This document shows positions 1-11,971 of a stretch of 64,000 nucleotides of DNA, piece by piece; within the stretch, counting starts at the first letter, position 1, and each line of letters opens with the position of its first letter. The position numbers were made by a program, and so were the translations under genes. This DNA is from Octopus sinensis. Its lineage: Eukaryota. Below the pieces are notes generated by a model. It searched no databases and was not told the DNA's origin. It saw only the letters and a list, made by a program, of their open reading frames with translations. The stretch spans positions 14,198,001 through 14,262,000 of the forward strand of contig NC_043025.1 in the NCBI RefSeq assembly GCF_006345805.1. Direction: 5' to 3'.

Positions 1-748
1 TATCATCATCATCATTATTATTATTATTATTATTATTATTACATCGACCTCCAGCAATTGGCTGGAACTAATATATCTATACAACGGGAAGCTTTATGAA
101 AATAAACAAAAGACGAAGGCAGGTGGAATACAAACAATTGTATTAGTATGGCGCACAGCAATAGAAATAAAACAAGTCTTTTACGTTTCGAGCCTGCGCT
201 CTTCAACAGAAAGATACACAGAAAAGAAACACAGAAAGAAGGAGAGAAAAAAAAGGAGAGAAAAAAATGCGTGCAGAGGCTAGCGAATCAACATGGCGAT
301 CTGATTCGGGCCAGAAGTCAAAGATCAAACGTGAGACGCAAGAGTGAAAATAGGGGAGATAATAGGGTCAAATGACCACACCCCAACGACATATATATGA
401 TAGATTGGTAGCCACTACACACATTTATTTTCTCTCCTTGTTTCTTTCTGTGGAAGAGCAGAGGCTCGAAACATTAAAGACTTTTTCAATTCCTGAGCGT
501 TATACTAATACATCTGTTTGTTGTCTACACCACCGGTCTTCGTCTTTTGATTTTTTCGTGAATTCTCCCCCTATATATATACATATATATATTTGAGTAG
601 AAAAATGAAATATCTTTTTATAGATAATTCGTTTAACCGATACCTGGGTAGCAAATCACATCAGAAATAACACGGTTACGTGCCTAGGGCAGAGACTACG
701 TGTTTTCGTGTGGAAATTTGTGTGTATTTTTATAAAATTTATGAATAT

Positions 749-1191
749 ATGAAAGAATGGAGTTGAATGACAAATTAACAAATTTCCTTTATTTTCGACA
801 TATGTTTCGAAGGCTGCATATTCCTAATTGTGAAGGAATAAGGAGTACATTATGCCGCTTTCTCATCAGGAAAAACAAGGAATTTACGTCAACATCAAGA
901 TTCACAAAAACTCTTAGATGACTGCTCTCACGGAGCGCATAGCGATAATGAGTGTCTCTTTAATATTCCTTTATAAAGAGTGACGTCAAACTGGTTGAAT
1001 GTAGAAAATTCTAGAAGGTTCTAAAGGTTCAAGAGTTCAAACGAAGTCATCTAAAAGTTTTTATGAATCTTGATGTTGACATAAATTCCTTGTTTTTCCT
1101 GATGAGAAAGTGGCATAATGTACTCCTTATTCCTTCACAATTAGGAATATGCAGCCTTTTGTTAATTTGTCGTTCAACACCATTCTTTCAT
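749..1191. repeat. Inverted repeat (arms 749-923 and 1045-1191) of a Penelope-like terminal-repeat element
   Basis: Arms align as reverse complements apart from a 28-nt gap (782-809 absent from the right arm) and scattered substitutions. Inverted pseudo-LTRs carrying hammerheads are a known Penelope-like feature. Confidence 0.8.
786..880 (-). ncRNA. Type I hammerhead ribozyme motif (CLIP sense strand, intronic)
   Basis: Minus strand reads TTTTC-CTGATGA-GAAAGC..GCCTTC-GAAA-CATATG-TC-GAAAA: full core, GUC triplet (predicted cut between 797 and 796), palindromic helix III ACAUAUGU, 5-bp helix I. Confidence 0.7.
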
Positions 1192-1200
1192 TTATATATA

Positions 1201-1253
<53 letters not shown>

Positions 1254-2989
1254 TACATATATATATACACACACACACACATATATTGTCATTTAATGTC
1301 CGTTTTCCATGCTGGCATGGGTTGGACAGTTTGACTGAAAACTGGTAAGTCAGGGAGCTGCAATGGGTTCCAGTCTGATTTTACATATATATATATATAT
1401 ATATATATATGCCAAACACTAGAGATATACACACACACACCCACATGGTGCATGCACTCACTCCAACTATCATGCACACACAGCAATATATGCACACACA
1501 CACACATATACACAGTGACACATTGAGTAGTGCATGCATGCATGCACACACAAAGACACACACACACACATATACACATACAAACACACACATACACACA
1601 CACCAATAGCTTAATTATTAATATGCACAAACAAAACCACGAGACACAAAAAATACAAAAAGCAACATGTTCCCGCACCCCCCACACGTATGTAGGAAGA
1701 AGAGCGTGTTAAGGCGAGGTTTTAGTGACTAAGCGATGTCCAGTTAGTGGACAATTAGTTGACCAACAGCTGTGACACACTGACACAGTTGGTAGAAGGA
1801 TGACCGCTGTTAGTCAACGACCAAATCTGTCGTCTTATTAGTTTCAACAAAGACAAGTACAGTTAAGAAAGCACCAGCATCACCGAAACACCGACAAGAA
1901 TCAGGAAATCAGGCTCCAAAATATACCCTTATTTACACACCCATTATTATTATTGAGTGAGAGAGCAGTGCATACCCTCAAAGTGACACAGGGGTATAAA
2001 TATACAAAGCCCAATATACCCACCATGACTATCTATCTGATAAGGGTACACCAGACACATGCATTACAACCATATGTACATGACATGGCGGTCTTATATC
2101 AAGATAGACATCGCTTGACCTTGCAAGAGGGGCCCAGTTAGAATTTTCTTCGGGTCATATAGGCCATCATGCTGAAACGCTCCTTGAATGAGGGTTGTTT
2201 AAGGATGATGAATGAAACACCCAGGTTCCCAGAAATGAATTATTCAAACTCCAAAGAATCCCTCTCAACACATGGCTATGATGCTCCCCTACTACTTCTG
2301 CTTGTGATCAGAGATGCACATATCGTCAGCCACTAAGGGACATGCTCAACTGATTAAGGTCAAACAACTTCTGATCTTAACTGATTAGAAGTGTTATCAT
2401 GTACATTGTTTTGTCTCGGTATAAAAGATGGGTTTTACAGCAAATATTCTGCTCAATACCACAGATTTGCTTGTCAGTTGTTTGACCTTAACCAGTTGAG
2501 CATGTCCCTTGGTGGCTGACGATATGTGCATCTCTGATCACGAGCAGAAGTAGTGGGGGAGCATCATAGCCATGTGTTGAAAGGAATTTGTTGGGTTTGG
2601 ATAATTCACCTCTGGAAACATGGGTGTTTCGTTCAACATCTTTAAACAACCCTTATTCAGGGACCTTTTGAGAAGAATGGGCTACTCAACCTGAAGAAAA
2701 TTCTAACTGGGCCCCACCTGCAAGGTCATATGCTGTTTATCTTGACAGGAGATCACCATGTTGCGCACATATGGTTGTGATGCATGCGCCTGGTGTACCC
2801 TTATCAGATGGGTATACTGGGTTTATTATTATTATTGTTGTTATTATCATCATTACTATTATTATTATTATTATTATTATTACTGCTCCACTGTGTAACA
2901 CGATTTTTGTCCTTGGGCAGCAACTGTTGCTTTCTATTTGCTGACCCTTAGAAAGTATGAAAAATGGCTGAGATTTCTTTCAAATTTTG

Positions 2990-3625
2990 CTTTTGTTACG
3001 TTTATTCAAACCCTAAAAAATCCCTCTCAACATCTGGCTACGAACCCCCACCCCACCCCCACCACCACTCCTACTCATCATCAGAGATGCACATAGCGTC
3101 AGCCCCTAAGGGACATGCCCAAGTGGATACGGTCAAACAACTGACAAGCAAATCTGTAGTATTGAGCAGACTAATGGCTATAATGGTATTTCTGCGTCAG
3201 CAACTCAGCACTGAATCTGTCTAAAATGTAACGGAAAATATGTCTTTTTTTAAATCATTGATGTCCAGGTGATAAAAGCAAAGTTTGAAGGGAACAGTAG
3301 TGATTTCCTTAGATTTTTGTTTTTATTACATTTATTCAAACCCCCAAAGAATCCCTCTCGACAGATGGCTGTAATACTCCCCCACTACTCCTGCTCATCA
3401 TCAGAGATGCACATATTATCAGCCACCAAGGGACATGCCCAAGTGGATACGGTCAAGCAGCTGATAAGCGAATCTGTGGCACTGAGCAGAATATTTTCTG
3501 TAACGATATTTCTGCCTCAGCAACTCAGCAGTGAATCTGTCTAAAATGTAATGGAAACACAGGTGTTTCAAAAGCTTGATGTCCAGGTGATCAAAGCAAA
3601 GTTTGAAGGGAATGGCAGTCATTTC
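2990..3625. repeat. Tandem ~335-bp duplication of a diverged element-E-related segment
   Basis: TTTATTCAAACCC..CATGCCCAAGTGGATACGGTCAA..GATGTCCAGGTGAT..AAAGCAAAGTTTGAAGGGAA occurs twice (ORFs 2964 and 3269 echo each other). Confidence 0.75.
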
Positions 3626-3761
3626 TTTTCATTTTTAGATTGAAGCAAATTGCAAATAACACTTACTGATCAAAGACAAAAAAAAATAATTGTTACACAG
3701 TGTTGTTGTTGTTATTATTATTATTTATTATCATGACTTAGAATACCTCGACCACACTTAC

Positions 3762-3794
3762 CGTTTCTGGTTCTGCAGGGGTTAAAGGTGATGT
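3762..3794 (-). CDS. CLIP1: Candidate 33-nt in-frame microexon (TSPLTPAEPET)
   Basis: Pyrimidine tract ttttaatccctttcag| and consensus donor ACG|GTAAGT; 11 codons, phase 0-0. No homology support available. Confidence 0.6.
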
Positions 3795-5998
3795 CTGAAA
3801 GGGATTAAAAACAGTTGAAGAAATTAAACGACCCCCTCTTTATCTCCCTAAACATTTTCTCGTTCCTGGTTGCAGTAATTAGTAAGTTCTTTGACGAGAT
3901 ACAAGTGGAAAATTACCGAGGGGAGAGCCACTGGGTACCAGTAGTGTGTAGGGAACCCTTCAACAGTCACAATTTATTCGGGGTTTCTACACACGGTAAG
4001 ATCCATTCCAGGGGACAGGTCAGTTTTTTTTTTTGTTTAGCAGGGACTGTAGAAGGGAGCCCATATTTTTTTTATACTTGCTGAGTAAAAAAAAATTGAA
4101 GATAGACATGGTTGAGTGGTTAAAGGGTTAACCTCCCAACCCCATGGTTTTAGTTTCCATCCCACTGTGTGGTACTTTGACTCACAAGGCTTTGATTGGC
4201 TCAAGACTATAACAGAAGACAGTTGCCTAAGGTATCACACAGTTGGACTGAACCCAAAGCCACGTGGCTGAGAAGCAAGCTCCCTAACCACACAGCTATG
4301 CCTCTTCTCCCTTCCTTTCTCTTGCTGGGTAACCATGGACTCCCTCTATAGCAAGACACCTATTTCTGCCCCTCTGTTTCTCTGTCACACTCAAACCTTT
4401 CATCCCCTGACACAAGTTCCCCTCCTTAAATGCCTCTGCCCCTCTCAAAGTTCCTTGTCTTGCGAGTCGCTTGGTGACCCTGTCAGTGCCGGTGCCACAT
4501 GAAAAAGCACCCACTATGCTCTGCAGAGTGGTCGGCATTTGGAAGGGCATCCAGCTGTGCAGATCATGCCAAAACCAACCTCACCTGTGCTGGTGCCACG
4601 TAAAAAGCACTGAGTCCACTCTGCAGGGTGGTTGGTATTAGGAAGGGGATCCAGCTGTAAAGACCTTGCCAAAACAGATCCAGTAGCCTGGGACCGTCTT
4701 CTACCTGGCTGGCTCCTGTCAACCACCCTACCTAGGCATGGAAGATGGATGTTGATGATGAAGGCACATGGCTCAGTGGTTAGAGCACCGGGCTCTCAAT
4801 CATGAGGTTGTGAGTTCGAATCCCGGACCGGGCTGTGTATTGTGTTCTTGAGCAAGACACTTTATTTCACGTTGCTCCAGTTCACTCAGTTGTAGAAATG
4901 AGTTATGACATCACAGGTGCCAAGCTGTATTGGCCCCTTTGCCTTTCTCTTGGATAACACTGGTGGCGTGGAGGGGAGAAGCTGGTATGTTTATGGTCTT
5001 CCATAAACAACCTTGCCTGGATTTGTGCCTGGGAGGGTAACTTAACAGGTGCAATCCCATGGTCAGTCATGACCGAAGGGGGTCTGAGTGATATACACAC
5101 ACGCATGATTCTTTCACTTTCCACCTACCGATTTCACTCAGAACCTTTGGTCAGCTCAAAAGTATAGCAGGAAACTACTATAACCCTGGGGTCACACAGA
5201 GGACCTGAACTCGGAACCTTGCAGTTCGGCAGCAATCTTTTACAACACAACCACGCAACCAGCTGATTAAAGTTGGTCTAGGATCCTGCCATTCGTTAGT
5301 CTCTCATTAATAACCTTTTCAATTCTTTGTAAATTGTAAGTATGTTTCTACAATTAATGAGGCCTTGTTATATTAAGGGTGGACCTCAGGATGGGGCAGG
5401 GTCTGTCTACATTAACAATCTCTGTTAAATAGAATGAGTTCAACAAGGAATAAATAAAAAAACAAATTAACATAGGCAGTAAGTGGGAGCATAGCATAAC
5501 TTGAAGTTAGGGGATGTAGTTGGTGTGCAGGTAAAGGTGGTGCTAGTATAGGGAGGGTGGCACAGTTTATTGTTATTAACAACAGTAAACGGTTAGAATA
5601 AATTGTTGATGAATTTAAGAACTTTCGAGAGAACGCGAAATAATTTTGGGGGGATAATGGATCTCAAAGCAAAATGATATCTACATATTATGTATAGCTT
5701 TATGTACTTCAAGATACATTATTCCAGCCCCTCCCCCTTGCCACAAGAAAGAAGGATTATACGACACGGGTAAATGGAACATTCAACGTCTCTGTGCATG
5801 TGTGTATATATGTGTGCTTGTGGATGTGTGTTGGCGATTTTTTTCCCTCTGGATCTTTCCTTCTCCTATGTTTCCGACGAAGAGCTCCGCTCGAAACGTT
5901 AAACCCTCCTTCTTTCCTGAGCGTCCAATAATACTATATTTGTTCCACATCCTTGCGTTGTTGTGTTTTTTTGTGCTTTCTTGTTTGGATTAACTATA

Positions 5999-6039
<41 letters not shown>

Positions 6040-6218
6040 CATATATATATATATATGTAGACATACATACATACACACATATATATCCACATATGTTTAA
6101 GAAACAGACACATTTAAGAGACTGATATACATACATATATAGACATATTTAACAGACACACACACATATATATATATAGACCAACAGACACACACACACA
6201 CATTTATATTGGACATAC

Positions 6219-6371
6219 CTTTGCACCCTCTTCCAGTTTAGTGGCTTCATATGATGTGATTTTGTTCTCTGCCTGGGTCAACTTGTGGGTCAGTTCATCT
6301 ATCTGGTCAAGATACATGGTCTGAGTGTCCTCAGACACCTTCAGCTGGCTCTCGTAGTCATCCAACTTCCC
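6219..6371 (-). CDS. CLIP1: CLIP-170-like coiled-coil exon (GKLDDYESQLKVSEDTQTMYLDQIDELTHKLTQAENKITSYEATKLEEGAK)
   Basis: cgtccag| acceptor, AAG|GTATGT donor; 153 nt, phase 0-0; lies within ORF 6204..6440(-). Confidence 0.88.
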
Positions 6372-6750
6372 CTGGACGAAAAGAGATAGAAAGACATGGT
6401 CATTAGGGTCAACTGGACATTCAGGGACACACTCACACACTACTGGACATTACACAGGACTGGACAAGAGATTATAGTGTTGCCCTGTAGAACCAGGCAA
6501 CAAAGGGATGACACTGAATCCTTGTCTATCGGTCAAACAGCTGGACAAGAGAGGGCATCAACTGGCACAAAGCCACCACCACCCTCACTACTCCCCCCTT
6601 CTAGCCGAAGGGGTTTTTCTCTTGCAAAATATTTGGTGACCCCGTGAGGGCTGGTGCCTCATGAAAAAGCACCCCACAACACTCTGCCAAGTGTAAACAC
6701 TCTGCCAGCTGTAAAGACCCTGCCAAAAAGGACCACAGAACCTGGTGTAC

Positions 6751-7450
6751 ACAGCTGGAACATCTTTGATCATAGGTCTGCTGGATCAGGACTGACCTGG
6801 GGTTAAACAACAAGAAAGAAGGACACATTAGATAATGTAGTCCTAGATACACTATGTCAGAATAAAAGACAGGATGGTCACAGTTGGAACATCTTTGATC
6901 ATAGGTCTACTGGATCAGGACTGACCTGGGGCTAAACAACCAGGAAGGACACATTATATAATGTAGTCCTAGATACACTATGCCTGAATAAAAGACAGGA
7001 TGGTCACAGCTGGAGCATCTTTAATCATAGGTCTGCTGGATCAGGACTGACCTGGGGCTACACATCATCAACAAAGAAGCACACATTAGATAATGTAGTC
7101 CTAGGTACACTATGCCTGAATAAAAGACAGGATGGTCACAGTTGGAACATCTTTGATCACAGGTTTACTGGATCAGGACTGACCTGGGGCTAAACAACCA
7201 GGAAGGACACATTATATAATGTAGTCCTAGATACACTATGCCTGAATAAAAGACAGGATGGTCACAGTTGGAACATCTTTGATCACAGGTTTACTGGATC
7301 AGGACTGACCTGGGGCTAAACAACCAGGAAGGACACATTATATAATGTAGTCCTAGATACACTATGTCAGAATAAAAGACAGGATGGTCACTGCTGGAAC
7401 ATCTTTGATCATAGGTCTGTCTGGATCAGGGCTGACCTGGGGCTAAAAAG
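6751..7450 (+). repeat. Tandem array of a ~126-132-bp unit (about 5.5 copies)
   Basis: Unit CAGCTGGAACATCTTTGATCATAGGTCTGCTGGATCAGGACTGACCTGGGGCTAAACAAC..GGACACATTAGATAATGTAGTCCTAGATACACTATGCCTGAATAAAAGACAGGATGGTCA; starts at 6751, 6880, 7006, 7138, 7264, 7390. Confidence 0.95.
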
Positions 7451-7493
7451 AAAGACACCGCCACCACCACACCCACCCCCATCACCAACTTAC

Positions 7494-7598
7494 CTTGGCC
7501 TCAGTCAATTCTTTCTCCATAGTTTGGGATTTCTCTACCATTTTCTTATTCTTGGATTCCAATTCCTGCAGCTTCGCTTCTTCCTCCTCAGTTTTGCT
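7494..7598 (-). CDS. CLIP1: CLIP-170-like coiled-coil exon (SKTEEEEAKLQELESKNKKMVEKSQTMEKELTEAK)
   Basis: ttttcag| acceptor, AAG|GTAAGT donor; 105 nt, phase 0-0, E/K-rich. Confidence 0.88.
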
Positions 7599-8274
7599 CT
7601 GAAAATATCATGGAATAAAAAAAATATCATTCGCTGACTGACTTTATATATATATATATAATATATATATATATATATAATATATATATATATATATACT
7701 AGCAGTATCGCCCGGCACTGGTGTCACGCAAATGGCACCGTAATATAGCCTTATATATTACTATATCTTATATATTATATGTAAAGAATAACATGCTATA
7801 TGTATGTATGTTACTACAATTATCAGTTTAATAAATAAGTTAACATTTTTAATGTCCTAAAGTTGATGAACCACCTATTGTTCTCCTCCAATTTCTTATT
7901 TGCAATATAAACATATATATATATATATATACTCTTTATCTTTTATTAAACTTTTAATACTTTTGATATATATTTAAATAATATAAATTAAATTAACTTT
8001 ATGTATTGGCTTATGTTTTTCATTGTTTGATTTGAGTGGTTTTATCTCTAATTTAATATAATATAATATAATATATTTATACTATAAAATTGGATTTAAT
8101 CCTAAATCTGATTTTCCCCCGTAAGTTTGGATTTATTCCCTAATATTTTATTATTAATATATATACATATATATATAACGGGAAGGTTTACGAAAATAAA
8201 CAAAAGACGAAGGCAGGTGGAATACAAACAAACAATTGTATTAGTATGGCGCTCAGGAATAGAAATAAAACAAG

Positions 8275-8458
8275 TCTTTTACGTTTCGAGCCTACGCTCT
8301 TCGACAGAAAGATACACAGAAAAGAAACACAGAGAGAAAAAAAATGCGTGTAGGATATATATATATATATGACCTCGTGTGTACCGTTGGCGATTTTTTC
8401 CCTCTGTCTTCCCTTCTCCTATGTTTCCGACGAAGAGCTCCGCTCGAAACGTTAAACA
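8275..8458. ncRNA. Divergent pair of minimal hammerhead-like motifs with variant cores (8275-8312 minus, 8422-8458 plus)
   Basis: Minus: TCTTT-CTGTCGA-A-GAGC(GTAG)GCTC-GAAA-CG-TA-AAAGA. Plus: TGTTT-CCGACGA-A-GAGC(TCC)GCTC-GAAA-CG-TT-AAACA. Related copies at about 177-214(-) and 5870-5904(+). Confidence 0.45.
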
Positions 8459-8549
8459 CTCCTCCTTTCCTTCTTTCCTGAGCGTCCAATAATACTATAC
8501 TTGTTCCACGTCCTCGCGTTGTTGTGTTTTTGTGCTTTCTTGTTTGGAT

Positions 8550-8587
<38 letters not shown>

Positions 8588-8811
8588 CATATATATATGT
8601 AGACATACATACACACACACACACATATACAGAAAGAAAAAGAGAGAGATGGAGAGAGAGATTGAGACAGACAGACTGAATAACAGATAGTTAAAGAGAG
8701 AAGAACAGAGAGAAAGAAAGACACACAGACACACATGAAAGACGGTGACAAATAAACCATGAGAGCCAGACACACAGACAGACCCCCAAACCCCACCCCT
8801 CCTCTACTCAC

Positions 8812-8872
8812 CTCCAGGTCGTCCTTCCCCACCACTTCCTCCTCAATTTGAAACTGAAGGTCTTCCGTTTTC
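8812..8872 (-). CDS. CLIP1: CLIP-170-like exon (RKTEDLQFQIEEEVVGKDDLE)
   Basis: Matches the CLIP-170 [21 protein letters not shown] segment. ttgcag| acceptor, GAG|GTGAGT donor; 61 nt, phase 2 to 0. Confidence 0.93.
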
Positions 8873-9219
8873 CTGCAACACAAAACACAAACAGAATTAT
8901 TGGTGTGGCAGGGCATTATTGCCCTCACTTCCCCACCTCCTTTTATTTCAAGCATTAGCAGACAACAGCCTATAGTGTTGCTGATGTTTAGTACATCGAT
9001 GACGTGACTGAGTCCAGCCATAACCATCCCATCTGGAGCCGCAGTGTTTGATCCATCCCTCTTGTTTCAAGACAGTTGGAATATCATTCAAAGGAGACTT
9101 AGCTACTATTTCTAGCAGGTTGAGTGCTCCTGTAGTGGGTCTCTCAATGAGGAGAGAGAAACACAAAGTTTTATATAGATGCGTTGGGACATTGAGGCAC
9201 ATTTGGGTTGATACAGTTG

Positions 9220-9480
9220 GTAAGGGAGTGCCACTGTGATGTATGCCACTACGAGTGCCACAATGATAGGTGTTACCACCAGAGTGCCACCCTGGTGTGC
9301 GCCACCACCAGAGTGCCAACAGTGGTGTGTGTCACTGTGGTGTGCTCCACCACTAGAGCGTTACTATGGTGCATACCACCACAGAGTGACACTGCAGTGT
9401 GTGCCACTACTAGAGTGCCACCACTAAAGTACCACTGTGAGGCATTCCAACAGTGGAGTGTCAATGTGGGTGTGTATGCC
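9220..9480. repeat. GAGTGCCAC-based minisatellite
   Basis: Repeated (A)GAGTGCCAC(CAC) motifs. Confidence 0.75.
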
Positions 9481-9649
9481 ACGTATGGAGAGGCACAGTG
9501 ATGTTGCTGTTGATGTGTAACATTGTGGGACATGCGACTCATCAAGCACCCCCATAGTGTGTTCAACCACTGGAACGTTGAAGTGTGAGGGTCACAAGTG
9601 GAGTGCCACTTGCTAAAGACACATTACATAATGTACTTTAAGATATAAT

Positions 9650-9905
9650 AAATAAATGCGCCCATTTCAAGCCTAGCCAGGCTCATGGGCCCAGTTTCCC
9701 AGTTTCAATGGCGTATGTGTTCCCCAGCTGGACGGGACGCCAGTCCATTGCAGCGTTACTCATTTTTGCCAGCTGAGTGGACTGGAGCAACATGAAATGA
9801 AGGGTTTTGCTCAAGAACACAACGCGTCGCTCGGTCCAGGAATCGAAACCACAATCTTACGATCATGATGCTGACACCCTAACCACTAAGCCACGCGCCT
9901 CCACA
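9650..9905 (-). mobile_element. tRNA-derived SINE family F
   Basis: Minus-strand head GTGGAGGCGCGTGGCTTAGTGGTTAGGG..GGTTTCGATTCC, then TTGAGCAAAAC(A/C)CTTCATTTCA. Second copy at about 30225-30488; relatives at about 4765-5085(+) and 29955-30060. Confidence 0.75.
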
Positions 9906-10044
9906 CTCCAAGATATGCTACATCTAAAACAACAACAAAAAAATTTATGGGATGGTCACTGTTGGAACATCTCTGAACATAATTCTACCTGCTCAAGAGG
10001 CTGACCAGGAGCTAAAACAACAACAAGATACAGAACAGATCCGA

Positions 10045-10340
10045 ATCGTGGCCGAAGCCAGCGCCGCCTCGACTGGCTTCCGTGCAGGTGGCACGTAAAA
10101 TGCACCAATCCGACCAGCCTCGCCTGGCACCAGTGCAGGTGGCACATAAAAAGCACCCACTACACTCACGGAGTGGTTGGCGTTAGGAAGGGCATCCAGC
10201 TGTAGAAACACTGCCAGATAAGACCGGAGCCTGGTGCAGCCTTCTGGCTTCCCAGATCCCCGGTCGAACCGTCCAACCCATGCTAGGAAAGCGGACGTTA
10301 AACGATGATGATGATGATAATGATGATGATGATGATGATC
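10045..10340 (+). mobile_element. Interspersed SINE-like family C (GGAAGGGCATCCAGCTGTAG core, (GAT)n tail)
   Basis: Shared core and tail. Copies at about 1290-1385, 14295-14395, 22385-22570, 34060-34300 (opposite strand) and 4480-4780, 18340-18740. Confidence 0.75.
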
Positions 10341-10371
10341 ACGGATAAAATCCAAAGCCGAAACACGTTAC

Positions 10372-10517
10372 CTCCGTAGATCCTCCAGCTCATTCTCTAA
10401 CTCGTGATTCTTGCGCTCCAGCTGTTGGGCAACGTTCTTCCACTTGACCAGGGCATCATCGGCCGAGTCCTTGAACCTGTCGTGCTCTGACCGCATCACA
10501 GCCAAATCTCCCTCCGC
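10372..10517 (-). CDS. CLIP1: CLIP-170-like coiled-coil exon (AEGDLAVMRSEHDRFKDSADDALVKWKNVAQQLERKNHELENELEDLR)
   Basis: ctttccag| acceptor, GGAG|GTAACG donor; 146 nt, phase 0 to 2; stop-free, heptad-like. Confidence 0.9.
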
Positions 10518-11391
10518 CTGGAAAGAGGTCGCAAAAAAAAAAAAAGAAAAAGAAAAAACGCATGAAGAGGAGAAGAAAAGATGAGGATTTGTAAAGCTGT
10601 TAAGACATTCTATTCAACCGGTCAGTTAACTTACCATGTCGGATGGCATAAGCCTCAACCCTAATCTTCACCAACGTAATCTGCCTTGGGTGGCCCTACC
10701 AGAAACCAAAGTCTCCAATGGCATAGTTCTGACACCCCCGTTTCACCCCCTTACCGCGATGAGGAGGGGTTGGACTTTCATGTCTACGGCATTCGCCGCT
10801 GGAATAAGGAGCGGTTGGAGGTCCCACGGTCGTTAGCCTCAAATTATCAGGTCTGGTCAACGTTTGTAAGAGATGCCAGCTCAGCCCACCCCGGGTGAAT
10901 GCTGTCTCAAGACAATAAGCAGAAGCATGGTCAAAGGGCATTAAATGATGAAGATTACTCTGACTAATACAGAATGTGATTTTTATTTATAGAATGACAT
11001 TGTAGGGTGGGTGTGAGAAGCTGGATCTGGCCAGTTTCAACATAGAACGAGTATTGGGGGTGTGTGTAAAACTGGTTTAAATGCTAATGGGTCACTTAAA
11101 AATCTGGACCATGAAAAAGTAGCTTCAACTGACCCCTGTGATGTTACAGGGACCAGTTTTGTCGTGAAGGCTCAAAATATCTCATAGTACAAGACATAAC
11201 AGGAGATTTGTAAACCTATTCCACCCATCTCTAATATTGGTATTGCTCAATGCAGGGTAGATTTTGCTGTCCACTGCTCTCCTCCTCAACACCAGGCCAC
11301 CTCAGATGTTAGGTTTCGGAGACTTCTGCAACTTAAACATCTGTTCCAGAGATCCTTCAACCTCTCAATCCAACACATCTATATCTGAAGT

Positions 11392-11776
11392 GTGGAGGCG
11401 CAATGGCCCAGTGGTTAGGGCAGCGGACTCGTGGTCGTAGGATCGCGGTTTCGATTCCCAGACCGGGCGTTGTGAGTGTTTATTGAGCGAAAACACCCAA
11501 AGCTCCACGAGGCTCCGGCAGGGCATGGTGGTGATCCCTGCTGTACTCTTTCACCACAACTTTCTCTCACTCTTACTTCCTGTTTCTCTTGTACCTGTAT
11601 TTCAAAGGGCCGGCCTTGTCACTCTCTGTGTCACGCTGAATATCCCCGACAACTACGTTAAGGGTACACGTGTCTGTGGAGTGCTCAGCCACTTACACGT
11701 TAATTTCACGAGCAGGCTGTTCCGTTGATCAGATCAACCGGAACCCTCGTTGTCGTAACCGACAGAGTGCTTCCAG
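11392..11776 (+). mobile_element. Full-length tRNA-derived SINE with 11-bp TSD
   Basis: Pol III A/B-box head (GGCCCAGTGGTTAG..GGTTTCGATTCCC); flanked by ATATCTGAAGT at 11381-91 and 11777-87. Partial relatives at about 25850-26045(-), 30055-30225(-), 39975-40105(+), 49500-49690(-). Confidence 0.85.
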
Positions 11777-11872
11777 ATATCTGAAGTAGTGCTCTGGAGG
11801 GCCTTTGGGCCACAGCCCTTCCTACTGATCGCCACTAAGGTAGACAAGATATACAAAGGGTCAGACACTCAC

Positions 11873-11971
11873 CTGGTCCACTTTTGCGGCGGCCCTTGCC
11901 ACCTCAGATCTTTCCAGTTCTCGTTCCCGCAACAATTGCTCAATGTGCTCCTCTTTCTCTTTTAAGGCTTT
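11873..11971 (-). CDS. CLIP1: CLIP-170-like exon: start of coiled coil (KALKEKEEHIEQLLRERELERSEVARAAAKVDQ)
   Basis: Close match to the CLIP-170 [26 protein letters not shown] motif. tttgtag| acceptor, CAG|GTGAGT donor; 99 nt, phase 0-0. Not in the ORF track. Confidence 0.95.

Noticed and set aside
6751-7450. CRISPR-like array
   Set aside because: Whole units repeat with no unique spacers, and the context is eukaryotic with no cas genes.
11394-11470. tRNA gene
   Set aside because: The tRNA-like sequence is a SINE head, continuing into a shared body and bounded by a TSD; no proper acceptor stem.
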